Below are positions 24,754 to 37,605 of a stretch of DNA of 64,000 nucleotides, piece by piece. Position numbers and translations under genes: made by a program. The stretch is from assembly GCF_006345805.1 (NCBI RefSeq), contig NC_043005.1, forward strand, positions 78,058,001 to 78,122,000, given 5' to 3'. Below the pieces are notes generated by a model that saw only the letters and a program-made list of their open reading frames with translations, had not been told where the DNA came from and ran no database searches. Numbering within the stretch: position 1 is the first letter of the stretch; the number at the start of each line of letters is the position of its first letter. Source of the stretch: Octopus sinensis (Eukaryota).

Positions 24754-25428
24754 ATGTCCAAGAAATTACTGGCGACACACAATTCTACAATAGTGTTAAA
24801 TAGTTCAGTGGAGCGGCCGACGTATCATGTAATGATAAAAGAAGCCATTTCGTTTTTAAATGAACGTAAAGGGTCATCTCGCCAGGCTATTAGCAAATAT
24901 ATTGAATCGACGTATTATTTATCGTCAGTCGATAAAAGTGTACAAAGTCGTCTAAAGATGAGCTTAGTTCGAGGTGTTGACAAAGGTTATTTCCATCAAA
25001 CAAGTGGCAAGGGCGCTAACGGTTCGTTCAAACTTACTAAAGAGGAGCCAAAGAGAAAAGCGGAAACTAAACCCAAGAAAGAAGTAACTGCTAAGGAAAG
25101 TAAACCGAAAAATGTTACAACAAAGAAAATCAAAAAGTCTCCTGAGAAACCCGAAGTGTCTCCCGTGAAATCTAAGGAGAAACCCTTACCAAAACTCAAA
25201 ATCAAGTCTGTGCCCCTAAAGAAATCGGGTAGCGACGTTTCCACCCCGAAGAGTATTAAAAAAATGGCAAGGTTGAAAGGTAAGCTTTCCAATAGTGGGA
25301 AGACTATAAAACCAACATTGTTACAGTTAACTCCTCACAAAAAACGAGATAAGCGTTTAACTAAAATCTTAACTCCTAAAAAAGTGGTCATTAATCCAAG
25401 ACCGAAAAAGTATATTGGAAATCGTTAA
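24754..25428 (+). CDS. Linker histone H1/H5-family protein, intronless, 224 aa
   Basis: Open ATG-to-TAA frame. Winged-helix globular domain RPTYHVMIKEAISFLNERKGSSRQAISKYIE...LKMSLVRGVDKGYFHQTSGKGANGSFKL, followed by a K/P/S-rich tail with SPEK, SPVK, TPK and TPKK motifs. No histone 3' stem-loop seen; ATTAAA (about 25537) and AATAAA (about 25755, 25784) lie downstream. Confidence 0.92.
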   Translation: MSKKLLATHNSTIVLNSSVERPTYHVMIKEAISFLNERKGSSRQAISKYIESTYYLSSVDKSVQSRLKMSLVRGVDKGYFHQTSGKGANGSFKLTKEEPKRKAETKPKKEVTAKESKPKNVTTKKIKKSPEKPEVSPVKSKEKPLPKLKIKSVPLKKSGSDVSTPKSIKKMARLKGKLSNSGKTIKPTLLQLTPHKKRDKRLTKILTPKKVVINPRPKKYIGNR

Positions 25429-26820
25429 GTTTGCAAAGCACCCCCCTACAACAAAAACTCATTTGAAAAATTTTATCTGAATATGACCGTTTCTGAGGAT
25501 ATATATTTATATATGTGAAATATATTGTGCGCTTGTATTAAAATCAAATTTCATGAAATAATGTTTATCTTAACATTTGAAAAAAATAGTTGTTTCGAAA
25601 CTTTGTTGCTGTGTTCATTTTAAAAACTTTTTCAATGTAGATTGGTTTTTGGAAAACCATTTCAACATTCTCGAACTTATTACTTCAGGAACCAATTTTA
25701 AACGTCAAAACTAAACCGAATTTTAAGAACTCTTTTTTTTTTTTTTTTTTTAATAATAAAACCAAACCCATATTCTTCCAGGAAATAAAAGTATAATGCA
25801 CATTTTTTAAAAATCTTTTTGGAGAGTCGCATTTCACGTTATTGGTTACCCCATAAAACAAGCCCAGTATGTAGCTGAAAAAACATTGAATTTTATATTT
25901 TCATCTTCATATTCATTCCTGTTATTTGCACAACTATGAAAAATAAAACAAATTTTGATAATCGCTAGATTTTATTTAAGTTTCCTCATTTGCATTCTAG
26001 TCCCATCGATGTCTACTTAAACTCTCGTCCTCTTGTAGGCTCGATAAACATTGATCCTTCAAACCCTAATTTGAAGGAGCTTAGGCGAGTAGTTAGGCTG
26101 TTATATACCAGATCGTGGTTCGGATTCCTAGAGCGGGCTGTGTGTTTTGATTTCGAGAAAAAGTCCTTAACATGAGAGTATGAACATCACCGAATTCCAG
26201 ATTTTAACTCTGAGCCAGAAAGTACGCCTTTGTAGACATGATTTCGTTTCAGTCACCATCCCCTTCAAGAGGCAAAAGCCAGCAGCCGCATGGTTTTCAG
26301 TTTACGACTGAATATAACTTGTCTGGTTAGCGTGCCGTTAGCAGAAAGCTATCTGACCGCCCACTCTTGCATCATCTAGGTTTATAGTCTAACGATATGA
26401 CGCTCACTAAAACCTACTGCATGGTTCAAAGGTTTCAATAGCATTGTGTCTGACTGGAGAAAGTCAAATGCAGACTCCTTTTGGATTCACTTCAATGACT
26501 AGTATGAATCCATTTGCTTCCTTCCATTGAGGAAATAAAAACAATAACTTTCACCCTTCTATAATTGAAACCTAAAATGTATGAGATTGCTTTTTACACG
26601 GTTTCTAAAGATTGTACAAGTGCTATGAAATACAATCGCCAGTAATACTTGAATGAAGAGAAATCTAGTTTGATATCATTTTCGAGGTAAAACAAAAAGG
26701 TATCAAAGACTTAGAAAGGCAGAGCTGGAATGGATTTTGGAGGAATAACTTGAGGTACAGAAACATTAGTTTATCGATAATACAGTTCTATATTTAAGAG
26801 CTGAGGAATTATGTACATTA

Positions 26821-27186
26821 TTTACATTCGACGGATATCTGTCCTCATCTTAACACAACGTTTGGGCAGATATACCCTTGGCCTTCTTCAGTTGACTTGG
26901 GGGAATTTCGAACCTTGGGTTCTCATTCCTAAGGTTTTTTTTTTTTTTTTTCGATGTTATTGTTCAGGTCACTGCTCGGAATCGAACTCGGAATCTTGGG
27001 CTGCTAACCCCAAGATTCTGAGTTCGACTCCAAGCAGTGACCTGAACAATAATAACGACAAAAAAAAAAGCCTTAGGAATAAGAACCCAGGTTCGAAATT
27101 CCCCCAAGACACCTGGAGGGTATATCAGCCGAAAATTTGTGTTAGCAACAAACAAGATGAGCACAAATATCCGTCAAATGAAAATA
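26821..27186. repeat. About 365-bp palindrome, Penelope-type inverted repeat
   Basis: Arms gggaatttcgaacc..gggttctcattcctaagg / ccttaggaataagaacccaggttcgaaattcccc; centre at about 27003. Confidence 0.8.
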
Positions 27187-28099
27187 GTGTATCAGTTTAT
27201 CGCACCACGTCTTTCCTTCTCCAGTCTCTGATTCTTGCCTCTTTATGTGTGTGTATGTATGTATATATATATATGTGTATATATATATATATATATGCAC
27301 GCATATTTTCTCTTTCATTTGTCATCGGACAGCTGCCGTGCTGAGCAAATGTCTTCGAATTGTGAGTGAATTTAGTAAACGCGAAATATATGGAAGTCGA
27401 CCGCGTATGATTTATATGTGTGTGTCACTTCGTCACCATTGCTTGACAAACGTTATTGGTTTGTTTACGCTTCTGTAACTGAGCGTTTCAGCAACAAAAA
27501 AACTGATAGAATAAGTGTCGGGTTTTAAAAAATTGTACTGGGGTATGCATTCGACTAAAAATTCTTCAATGCGGTAACTCAGCTTGGCCGCAGTCTAATG
27601 ACTGAAAGAAATAGAAGCTATAAAGAAGCAAGTAATAAATTGTACAAAAGAACGCGAGCTGATAATACACATGAAGGAAGATTTGATGGAAGTTTTAATA
27701 ATGGATAAATTGCTTCTTCAATAAATTCCTATCAGCTAACAGATAAAATACTGACAGATCATAAAACCAAAAACTGCTATTTTAAAATAAATATTTTTTT
27801 TAACAAAAATTAGTTTTAAAGTTTATTACGTATTTTTTTTAGAACTATGCTCGGGGCAGTTTTAATAATTATACACTGGGTCATCCTACAAAAAAAAATA
27901 TTAATGTAATTATTCTTTTGAACGTTTTTGAATTTTCTTTAACATTCCTTGTTTTTCTTTTGTTTTTGCGTCAAAGTGAACTCGACTACTTTCAAACAAG
28001 GAATGATAGAGGGAGAGTAGAAATTACCGAGAGATGTATTCTACATAAAAATAAATAAAGTCATTGATATTGGTGTAGGGAGCTTAAATATTTTAATAA

Positions 28100-28480
28100 A
28101 AAAGCTGCGTGGTAAGAGTCTTGTTTTCCAACCTCATGGTTCCAGGTTCAGTCCCACTGCGTGGCACTTTGGGCACGGATCTTCTGCTATAGCCTCGAGC
28201 CAATCAGTGCTTTGGTGGATATGGTAGACGGAAACTGAAATAATCTCGTCATACACATATATGTGTGTGTGTCATTGTGTTTGTTTCCTCCATGGCCTGA
28301 AAACTGGTGTTTGTGTGTTTATATCCCCCATAGATGCAAACATACCAACATTTCGGCAAACGGAACCGATAGAATAAGTACTAGGCTTAAAAGTCCTGGG
28401 GTCGCTTTGTTCAACTAAAAAACCCTTCAAACGGTGCTCCACCATGGCTGCATTCAAATGATTGCAAAACGTAAAGGAAT
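28100..28480 (+). mobile_element. CORE-type SINE (OR2-like), diverged
   Basis: ggttcagtcccactgcgtggcactttgggc ... gatagaataagtactaggc. Confidence 0.75.
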
Positions 28481-29130
28481 TTAAGAAGAATTATTTGATG
28501 GATGGTTAGTTCTGGCAAAAGGAACAAGGATATAACCCTTGAATTTAAATTAGTTTGGACTCGTACATACTGTTGAAAGTTATCTGAGTTTCAGCAAGAA
28601 TACTGCTAATGTGAACATGTTTCGGCCTAGTTTGATTTCTACAGTCCTTTCTAAATCGTAGGTGACGTATTTTGGACAGATAAAAAAATAAGTTTGTAGG
28701 GTATTACACTAAGACTCATTCCGCAGGATAAGCAGACAGCTAAGCGATAGGGGCGACTAAAATACTTCATTTACTGGAGCAAAAATATTGATTTAAATTG
28801 CATACACATAAAACAAAAATAATCCACTAGCTTAAGGATTAGCTTCGATGAGGCAAGGCATTTTTAAAGTTATCACATGTTTGTTTACTCCCCCAAAATG
28901 TTTCGTTCTTTACATATGCAGAATTGTGTGTGCGTGTCAGAAAAGATGACACAGGCACACCAATGATGGTTATGGTATGAACTTCATTTGCTTACAACTG
29001 TTTTTGCTATAAGACGCGGTGAGCTCTTGACGGCATCCTATAGCAGAAATAACTGTAAGCCAATGAAGTTTATAATATTGTTTTTTTTTTCTGTCATCTC
29101 TTTTTCTTACCGCTATATACTCATCTAACA

Positions 29131-29528
29131 CTTACTTACTCTTTTACTTGTTTCAGTCATTTGACTGTGGCCATGCTGGAGCACCACCTTTAGTCGTGCA
29201 AATCGACCCCAGGACGTATTCTTTGTAAGCCTAGTACTTATTCTATCGGTCTATTTTACCGAACTGCTAAGTTACGGGGACGTAAACATACCAGCATCGG
29301 TTGTCAAGCGATGTTGGTGGGCACAAACACAGACACACAAACACACATACATATACACATATATACAACGGGCTTCTTTTCAGTTTCCGTCTACCAAATC
29401 CACTCACAAGGCTTTGGTCGGCCCGAGGCTATAGTAGAAGACACTTGCCCAAGGTGCCACGCAGTGAGACTGAACCCGGAACGATGTGGTTGGTAAACAA
29501 GCCATTTATCACAGCCACGCCTGCGCCT
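29131..29528 (-). mobile_element. Full-length CORE-type SINE (OR2-like)
   Basis: Reverse complement of the 6156-6566 family, from head taggcgcaggcgtggctgtg to the aaaagagt tail. Confidence 0.85.
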
Positions 29529-29582
29529 ACTTCTGAAACATATCATGTTCTACCCCAGGTTATTAGTCTCGCAATAATTAAG

Positions 29583-29615
<33 letters not shown>

Positions 29616-30317
29616 GTATGCATGATCCTGGTATTTATGCTCACTACATTACTTACGCTTTGGTGGTGTATCCTGGTCAGTTGTCGACCTTGTGTAAATT
29701 TCCGTTCCATAATATTACTTGTATCCACACATATGTGCTGGAGTAGCTGTTGTCTATTGAACTGAATATAGTAAATATTTCCTGCAGACCAACCGTGTGA
29801 TAGAATGCAATATCACTACTGACTGGCAAGATTTGAAATCCATCATTCATCACTAAAATTAATTACTATTACCATCTGTGTCACCCTTACAGACCAGCTA
29901 ATATCTCAATAATATTACTTAATAGTTACAACGGTGGTTTCAAATTTTGGTGCAACGCAAGTAATTTAAGAGGATGGGGGTTCGTTGCAGGCTTATGCTA
30001 TGATTTAAGTTTGAATGTTTACGAAAAAGGATTAAAGTCACATTCTAATATTATATATTTGAGAGGATAAATTTCGTTTATTAGCCATCATTAGTCATGT
30101 CCACGCATCATCTTGCAAGAAGCAGATCAAATGTATAAAAGTTTCTCCTACACAGTAGAGAAATAAACCTTGCTAGTTCGTTGTATTATAAAGCTGATAG
30201 AATATTTTGCTGTTGTATTGCTTTTGATGTATACTTAACAGTAATTTATTGAATAAACATATCACATTATATATAACGAAGAAACTGTGATGTAGTGAAT
30301 TGGCAAGTGAACATCTA

Positions 30318-30519
30318 CGAAGGGGTCATGAAAAGTTTCTGGCTTTAAGGAAGGCTTGGTTGGAGGCCCAGTCTTCCGATTTCTTTTACAGAAATTAAGA
30401 AAAACTGAAGGACCGTTGCAATAAGTGTGTGAACCCGAGAAGAATATGGTGAATAAAATCATAATTAACTGACCCTCTTGTATTTTACCCAGAGCCAGGA
30501 ACTTTTTAGTACTTTTTCG
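30318..30519 (+). mobile_element. Mariner-derived MITE
   Basis: TA|cgaaggggtcatgaaaagtttctggct ... agccaggaactttttagtactttttcg|TA, retaining a transposase C-terminal remnant (KCV...EY). Confidence 0.65.
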
Positions 30520-31309
30520 TATGTGGTTATTTGATCTGCTGAAAGGTATAGCCAAATCTCCCTTCATTCATACTTTACTTTCTTAATGAAGGAACCAAAT
30601 CATTGAATATGTAGTCTTAGATGCACTTAAAAATACGGAATGTTTACAGGCAGAAAGTTTTATTACTAATCTGTTCAACCAGAGATCATTTAGAGGGTGA
30701 AACAACGATAGGAATTTTCCAATATTCATGACGCCCACAAATGTATATGGATAAGATATATCTATTCAATATGTACTCACTGACTTCGGGTGAAGGTCTA
30801 ATCTTACATATTCATAAAGATAGTGAATGCAAAGCTTTCTTTTAACACAGCTATTAAGTGTAAAGCACAAATAGTGAAATTGTTTCAACTATAAATTGGA
30901 TTCGAAGATCACGGCCTCTGTATATTTATTCATTTTATACTAGATAATGAAGTCGTATTCATAACAGACGGAAAACATTTATACTTAGGCTTGTTATAAA
31001 CAACTGGAATTAAAATGCAACTTATTGGAAGCAGATAAAGCGTGCAATGTTAGTAATAAATAAAACTACCATCATGTCCGGTTTCTTTTACAACTTCGTG
31101 CTTAATGCACTCGTCACAGATTCTCTTAAAAACATTGTAATTCTTATAGAAAGAAGTGGAGGAATATTAGAAACGAACAGAGATAATTAGTAATGTTCCC
31201 GATAGCGAAGGCGCAACGAAATCACTATACTATAGTTCTTTTATTTTTATTTTAATAAATATTTTATATTTTCCGTGTTAACTTTAAACAAAGGATAATT
31301 CATTCATTC

Positions 31310-31340
<31 letters not shown>

Positions 31341-31639
31341 GAATGTATGTGTATGTATGTATGTATACATACATAATATATTATGCAATAAGGCGGGGAC
31401 TGACAGAATCGTTAGCACACCGGGAAAAATGCTTCTCGGCATTTCGTCTGTATATATGTTCTGAGTTCTGTGGTCGACTTTGCCTTTCTTTTCGGAATCA
31501 ATAGACTATGTACCAGTTGAACACTGGGGTCGATGTAATCGACTTACCACCCCACCCGCCGCGGACATGCTGGCTTTGTGCCAAAATATGAAGCTTATAT
31601 TATGCAATAATATAGTCCATTCATTCATCTTCTCTGCCA

Positions 31640-31970
31640 ATAATTCTTGGGAAAAGAGCTAAGGTAGTCTACAGGCACTTCCACCACAAGATGCTGTCTG
31701 AAGCAACGACCATTGCACTTTCCGGCTGGATTTTCAAACGTGACTAACTGAGACTATTGATATTATCCAACCATATCGTTCTTGATCAAACCTTAGGTCT
31801 TTCACCGATTTGCTCGGCCAGAATCTGTCTTGCGATTCTTTCCTGCGACACTCTAATCACATCGCCATAGTACCGAAACTGTGATCTCTCAGTGCGGAGA
31901 AGAAGCGGCATTGTCTGGAGAGACACCCTGATCTCCAAGTTACGCGCCCTCGAATAACATTAATCCATAA
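31640..31970 (-). mobile_element. RTE-clade LINE 3' fragment
   Basis: Minus translation ERSQFRYYGDVIRVSQERIARQIL...GERP..RTIWLDNI matches the RTE C-terminal pattern LRWxGHVxRM...GxRPxGRPxxxW. Confidence 0.7.
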
Positions 31971-32314
31971 TTAATTCGAACATAAAGACGTTACTATCAG
32001 GAACAAAATTTCTTATTATTGACTTAAGCTTCCTTTTACATACCCATTTTTTCCAGCACACCTCCAAGCGGAAATTGATATTGGCATTTCAAATATTTTC
32101 CCTCATACGTGTAGAGGCTGATCTCTGTTGTTTGACAATTGCTGTAGCTGAATATCGTTTATGAAAAGTTTCCCTTGAAGTCATAGGCAGGTTTATTATT
32201 TCTTTATACCGAAAAGACGGATAGTGACATCGAAGTTTCAGCTTACCAGCCCTCACCGGTTTGCCGAATGATAAGTTTTTAACCGAAACTCCAATATTTT
32301 ATTTGTACAAATTT

Positions 32315-32980
32315 ACAGGCACAGTCGTGGCTGTGTAATAAGAAGCTTGCTTCGCAACCACATGGTGCCGGGTTCAGACCCACTCTGTAGCACCTTGGAA
32401 AAGTGTCTAATATAGCTTCAAGCCGACCAAAGCCTTGTGAGTGGATTTGGTAGATGGAAACTGAAAGAAGGCTGTCGTATATATCTGTATCTGTGTGTCT
32501 TTGTATTTGTCCAACATCACTGCTTGGCAACCGGTGTTGGCGTGTTCTCGTAACTTAGCTTTGCAAAAGAGACCCGTAAACCAGGCTTCATTCGATTAAA
32601 GATTATCCAAGGTGGTGCCCCAGTACAACTGCTATCTTTTTGTTTGACTCACTCTTTTACTTGTTTCAGTCATTTGACTGCGGCCGTGCTGGAGCACCGC
32701 CTTTAGTCGAGCAAATCGACACCAGGACTTATTCTTTGTAAGCCTAGTACTTATTCTATCGGTCTCTTTTGCCGAACCGCTAAGTTACGGGGCAGTAAAC
32801 ACACCAACATGGGTTGTCAAGCGATGTTAGGGGGACAAACACACCACACACATACATATGCATATATACGACGGGCTTCTTTCCAGTTTCCGTCTACCAA
32901 ATCCACTCAGAAGGCTTTGGTCAGCGCGAGGCTATAGTAGAAGACACTTGCCCAAAGGGTCTTGCCCACTCCTGCGCCTT
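32315..32980. mobile_element. Two CORE-type SINEs tail to tail (32315-32640 +, 32648-32980 -)
   Basis: Family consensus blocks appear in opposite orientations. Confidence 0.8.
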
Positions 32981-34411
32981 TGTATGAAGATTATTTATAA
33001 TTGTTTATTTAATTCATTGTAAGAGTTATAAGTGCAAACTCACTTATCACTGCCTATGCTTTGTTGGAAAGGAATTTTTATTTTAGATCAGAAATATCTA
33101 AATACAAGACAATTAATAACAAAAAATATAAGTTGTTCGTTCTTGTTTTAATTTGTTTCTTCTTTAATTGGCACCTTATTTCCAAATTAAGATTGTATAT
33201 ACTGTATATTTCCCATAGTTTCTTCCCGCCAGATTTCCCTCAAAATATAATGATGAACCCAAGTGTGTGATAAGAAGCTGCTTGTCTTGACACTATTTGA
33301 ATCATACTGATCTTAAATTTTTGGCACGAGGCCAGCCTGTTCGAGCCCAGTAATCAACTGATCGACTCCAGTATTCAACTGATACTTAATTCATTGATCC
33401 CCAAAGAATGAAAAGCAAATTCGACAACAGCGCAATTTGAACTCTGAACGTAAAGACGGACGAAATGCCACTAAGTGTTTTGCCAGGAGTGCTAACGGTT
33501 CTGCCAGCTCGACTCCCTGTGCTGGTTTTTCATATTAGATTCTGAATATAATGATTATTATTAAAAAGTAACGCAACATTTAATTGCATTTTTCCTTCTC
33601 TTCTCCAAAAACTAACAGACAGACTGATAGATGTAATGGACGTCCGTGGTTATTCTCTTCTTAGAAACGTGACATGAAAAATATTAATTTAGTAATATTT
33701 TCAGCACTTGTTGCAGAAGCCAATTTTTACATAAACAAATGACTTTCTCAAAAGCCTTCGAGAAATATTGAGAAAAACGAAAAAAAAAAAATGAAATTAA
33801 AGACAAGAAAATTCATATGCAATAATATTGTTGCACTTACTATTATCTTTGAATCTCTCTTCAAATAATCGAGAAGATTTAGATTTCGATAAAGAAGAAA
33901 TTGATCAGTATAAATTGGTAGCATATATATATATGTATAACCAGAATAAACCTACAAAGCACTGTGTGAACGTCGCTTGATTCCAAGTACTAGTCGTCCT
34001 AGATGTCGCTGTTGGTGTTTCTAGTTGCTGCTATCAATGTGAATGGCTACTGCTGTGTTGCGATGAATAGTCACGTACGATGAACACAAACAAACTGTGT
34101 CTAATATGTTGAACTCGACAGTTGTGTGGTTCTGAAACGAGAAAACAAACTTTATTTTATAAATATACATAGTGGTGGGTTTTAGAAGAAATTTTGCTTT
34201 GAAACCAAATGGTCTCGAGGTTTAGTCTCACTGGGATCCTGGGCAAGTGTTTTCTACTATAGCCCCGGGAAGAGGGAAACTGAAAGACCCTCATGTATAT
34301 ATATATATAAAAAGTTAATCCAAACAACAAAACACAAAATAACACAACAACGCGAGGACGTGGAACAAATATAGTATTATTGGACGCTCAGGAAAGAAGG
34401 GAAGAAGGAGA

Positions 34412-34446
34412 GTTTAACGTTTCGAGCGGAGCTCTTCGTCGGAAAC
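34412..34446 (-). ncRNA. Candidate minimal hammerhead motif in a Penelope-type repeat (about 34320-34700)
   Basis: CCGACGA-a-GAGC-tcc-GCTC-GAAACGTTA. A related decayed copy is on + at about 40235-40265. Confidence 0.4.
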
Positions 34447-34529
34447 ATAGGAGAAGGAAAGATCCAGAGAAGGGAAGACAGAGGAAAAAAATCGCCAATG
34501 GTACACACGAGGTCACATTTTGAAAAAAG

Positions 34530-34560
<31 letters not shown>

Positions 34561-36510
34561 TCGTTGTTTGAAAAATAGTTCGTTTCCATGTTTTTGTTTT
34601 TATGTTTTCGTTTCTCATTGTGTTCAACGTTTTTTGATGTCCTGTACACATATATGCATTTAGATGTAGGTATGTACATATATGTATATATATATATGTG
34701 CATATATTAATAGATTATCTATATTATTATATGATCGAACGCCACTCATCCTTTTCCAAGTAAGTTTTATATATTTATCTAGTTTAGCTATCTATGTGTC
34801 TGTGTATATATATATCAGACACGTGCCATCAGTAATTACTCAGGGTAGGCAATTGGTGACGTTTATGTAGTGAAACACACACAAAAAAATAATAATCGAA
34901 ACGCACGCGACTGCGTTGGAGGCAGATTTACTTCTGCTTTTACAGCACGTAAAGAAAATGGTGTTGTAGGAGTGTACACAGCATGTTACTCTGCGTAGCT
35001 TTAATACTGAGATTGAATGGCAGGGGCGAATTATGCCTACCTAATCTACAAAATAATAATAATAACCTTCATAATTTTATTGAATTATGTGCCTATTTTG
35101 CCATAAGAATGTTATCAAGCTATTTTATTCGGGGTAGGCACTGTCTACTTTACCTATCCAGGCGGCGGCGCTGCATATTTGGTGTCGATGAATCAACGCC
35201 GACTTATATGACGTCAGACGTTTCAATGTTGCTCTCATTCTGTCCCTCCGTCCCTTCCCCTCCCTCTTTGTTTATGCGTGTAGACATCTAGTTATGTTTG
35301 TATGTATGTATAATGCTCCTCTTGCTCTCTCTCTCTCTCTCTCTCCCTCTCTCTCTATCTATCTATATCTCTCTCTACCTGTATTCGTATTGCCACCACA
35401 ACAGGCTGAACGCCCAATCACCCACGCCAAATTGTCCGCACCCAAACATCCGCGCTCGATCGTCTCTTTCTTCTGTAATGTTATGGCTGCTTTCAAAGAT
35501 GCGCTATTTTTCCAGAATGTAATGCAAACGTACCAAGTCTAATTTTAATTCCCTGCTTTCCTACTCATGTCAACTTACTACAGACATACTGACCTCACTC
35601 ATTGCATACACGCCTTCCGTAATTTAAGATTATGTCTCTTGTTAAAGAAGTAGATTTTTCTTGATAGTAATGTAAGCATATATAAGTAAATATAAATTTT
35701 ATGTTTATTTTCTCATCATCTTTGAACAAGATCTTGGCTTCATTATCACATTACATATACACAACCTTCTGGCTACAAGAATATATTTTCGAAAATGGTG
35801 TACGTTTTCACATAGTAATGTAAATTTACATTGGTACAAATATTTTTCATGTTCACTTACACGTGTCCTCTTCGTATTAAATATTAGCCGTACGTTAACT
35901 TTACACACATACTGAAACACGGTAAACACTTTGTTTACCAAACTCATTTTGCGCCATATTTTCCTTTGTACTAGCGGTCCAATTTTGTCATAAATTAGAA
36001 GTGGTTTTCTAAATTTTGTAACCATATATTTCCAGGGTGTCCCAGAATTAAGTATCTTTGGGTCAATTTTTTTTGTTGGGTCATAGTTCATTCACTATAT
36101 AAACTGATACATTGATTTATATCATAAATATCACGGATGGTTCCCGCGGACTAGAACTAATATCATATTTCTTCTGGACTTTGGGATTCGTGGTGGCACG
36201 CGGCTTGATGGTTAGAGAGGTTGCACTTATGATCGTAAGACTGTGGTTTCGATTCCTAAACTGCGCGATACGCTGTGTTCTTGAGCAAAATACTTCATTT
36301 CACATTATTTCAGTTTACTCAGTTGGCAAAAATATATAATCCTAGGACGGACTAGCATTCCGATCTTTTTACATAATGAATTTTCCTATCATATAGACTA
36401 TTCTATTCTACTTTGCATAAAACATCAGCTATATTAGTACTTTTGGTTGCCATTTTTAAAGTATTCTAGTGTTTCAATATTTTAACAAAATGATGGAACT
36501 TTTTTAAATT

Positions 36511-36561
<51 letters not shown>

Positions 36562-36564
<3 letters not shown>

Positions 36565-37212
36565 ATTTAAATAATAAGGGTGAAAAATTGAATATTAATT
36601 TGATAAATATCAATTTAAATCCAGTGGCCTAGCATATTGAAAAATCTGAAGATTCAGAAAAAATTATGCTACATACATATAAGAGGGATGACCTCTAAGT
36701 GGACATCCTTATGCTACAGGTAGACCCCATATGGTCTGACCACTAAGAAAAGAGTGTTCTCAAGAAAATTCACCAAACGCCAGAACGTAAGCGGCAACAC
36801 AAATGAAAAGATGCAAAATATAAAGATTAATCACAAACCCGATTTCATTCTTACCACTTACATAATATTTACGTAAATGTCCGCAATTCATCAGTGTGAT
36901 CGTCATAGCAAAATGTAATTTGCAGAATTATGCACGAGACGTCCGCATCACATTGAACACGCATATAGTTTTACCAATTATATTTGGAGTTATATTTCAG
37001 AAGTATTCGTTTTGGCGCGCCAAAAGAACCGGAAATAATTCTGCAGAAAAAAATTCTCTGCAATGAGTTTTGCCGGTTAGAAAACATGGTTATTTAAATT
37101 TAAATAATAAGGATGAAAAATTGAATATTAATTTGATTAATATCAATTTAAAACCAATGACCTAGTATACTGAAAAATCAGAAGATTCAGAAAAATTATA
37201 TTACATACGTAT
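36562..37212. repeat. About 120-bp direct repeats flanking a 400-bp spacer
   Basis: aaatttaaataataagg.tgaaaaattgaatattaatttga...gaagattcagaaaaa at about 36562 and 37095; a third related copy at about 46210. Confidence 0.75.
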
Positions 37213-37524
37213 ACATATATACCCCTCTTATATGTATGTAATATATATATATATGTGTGTGTGTGTGTGTTCTTTTATTCTTTTCAGTCATTTGATCGCG
37301 GCCATGCTGGAGCACCGCCTTAAATAGTTTTAGTCGAACAAATCTACCCTAAGACTATTTCTTTGTAAGTGTAGTACTTATTCTATCGGTCTCTCTTGTC
37401 GAATCGCTAAGTTGCGGAGGCGTAAACACTCTAGCATCCCTTGTCGAGCGATGGCGGGGAGACAGAGACACAAAGATACACACACGTAAATACACACACA
37501 CGCACACACAGGTGTGTGTATATG

Positions 37525-37563
<39 letters not shown>

Positions 37564-37564
37564 G

Positions 37565-37605
<41 letters not shown>

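Larger units (their letters stand above)
26200..31100 (+). pseudogene. Fragmented LRR/TLR-like pseudogene split by repeats
   Basis: LLHHLGL*SNDM (26364), PTAWFKGFNSI (26413), FAVVLLLMY (about 30205) and GEGLILHIHKD (30789, TIR box2-like). Confidence 0.3.

Noticed and set aside
24996-25292. 98-aa minus ORF
   Set aside because: Antisense shadow of the Lys-rich H1 tail.
25429-25520. Histone 3' stem-loop
   Set aside because: No GGYYYTTYTNARRRCC-like palindrome found after the stop codon.
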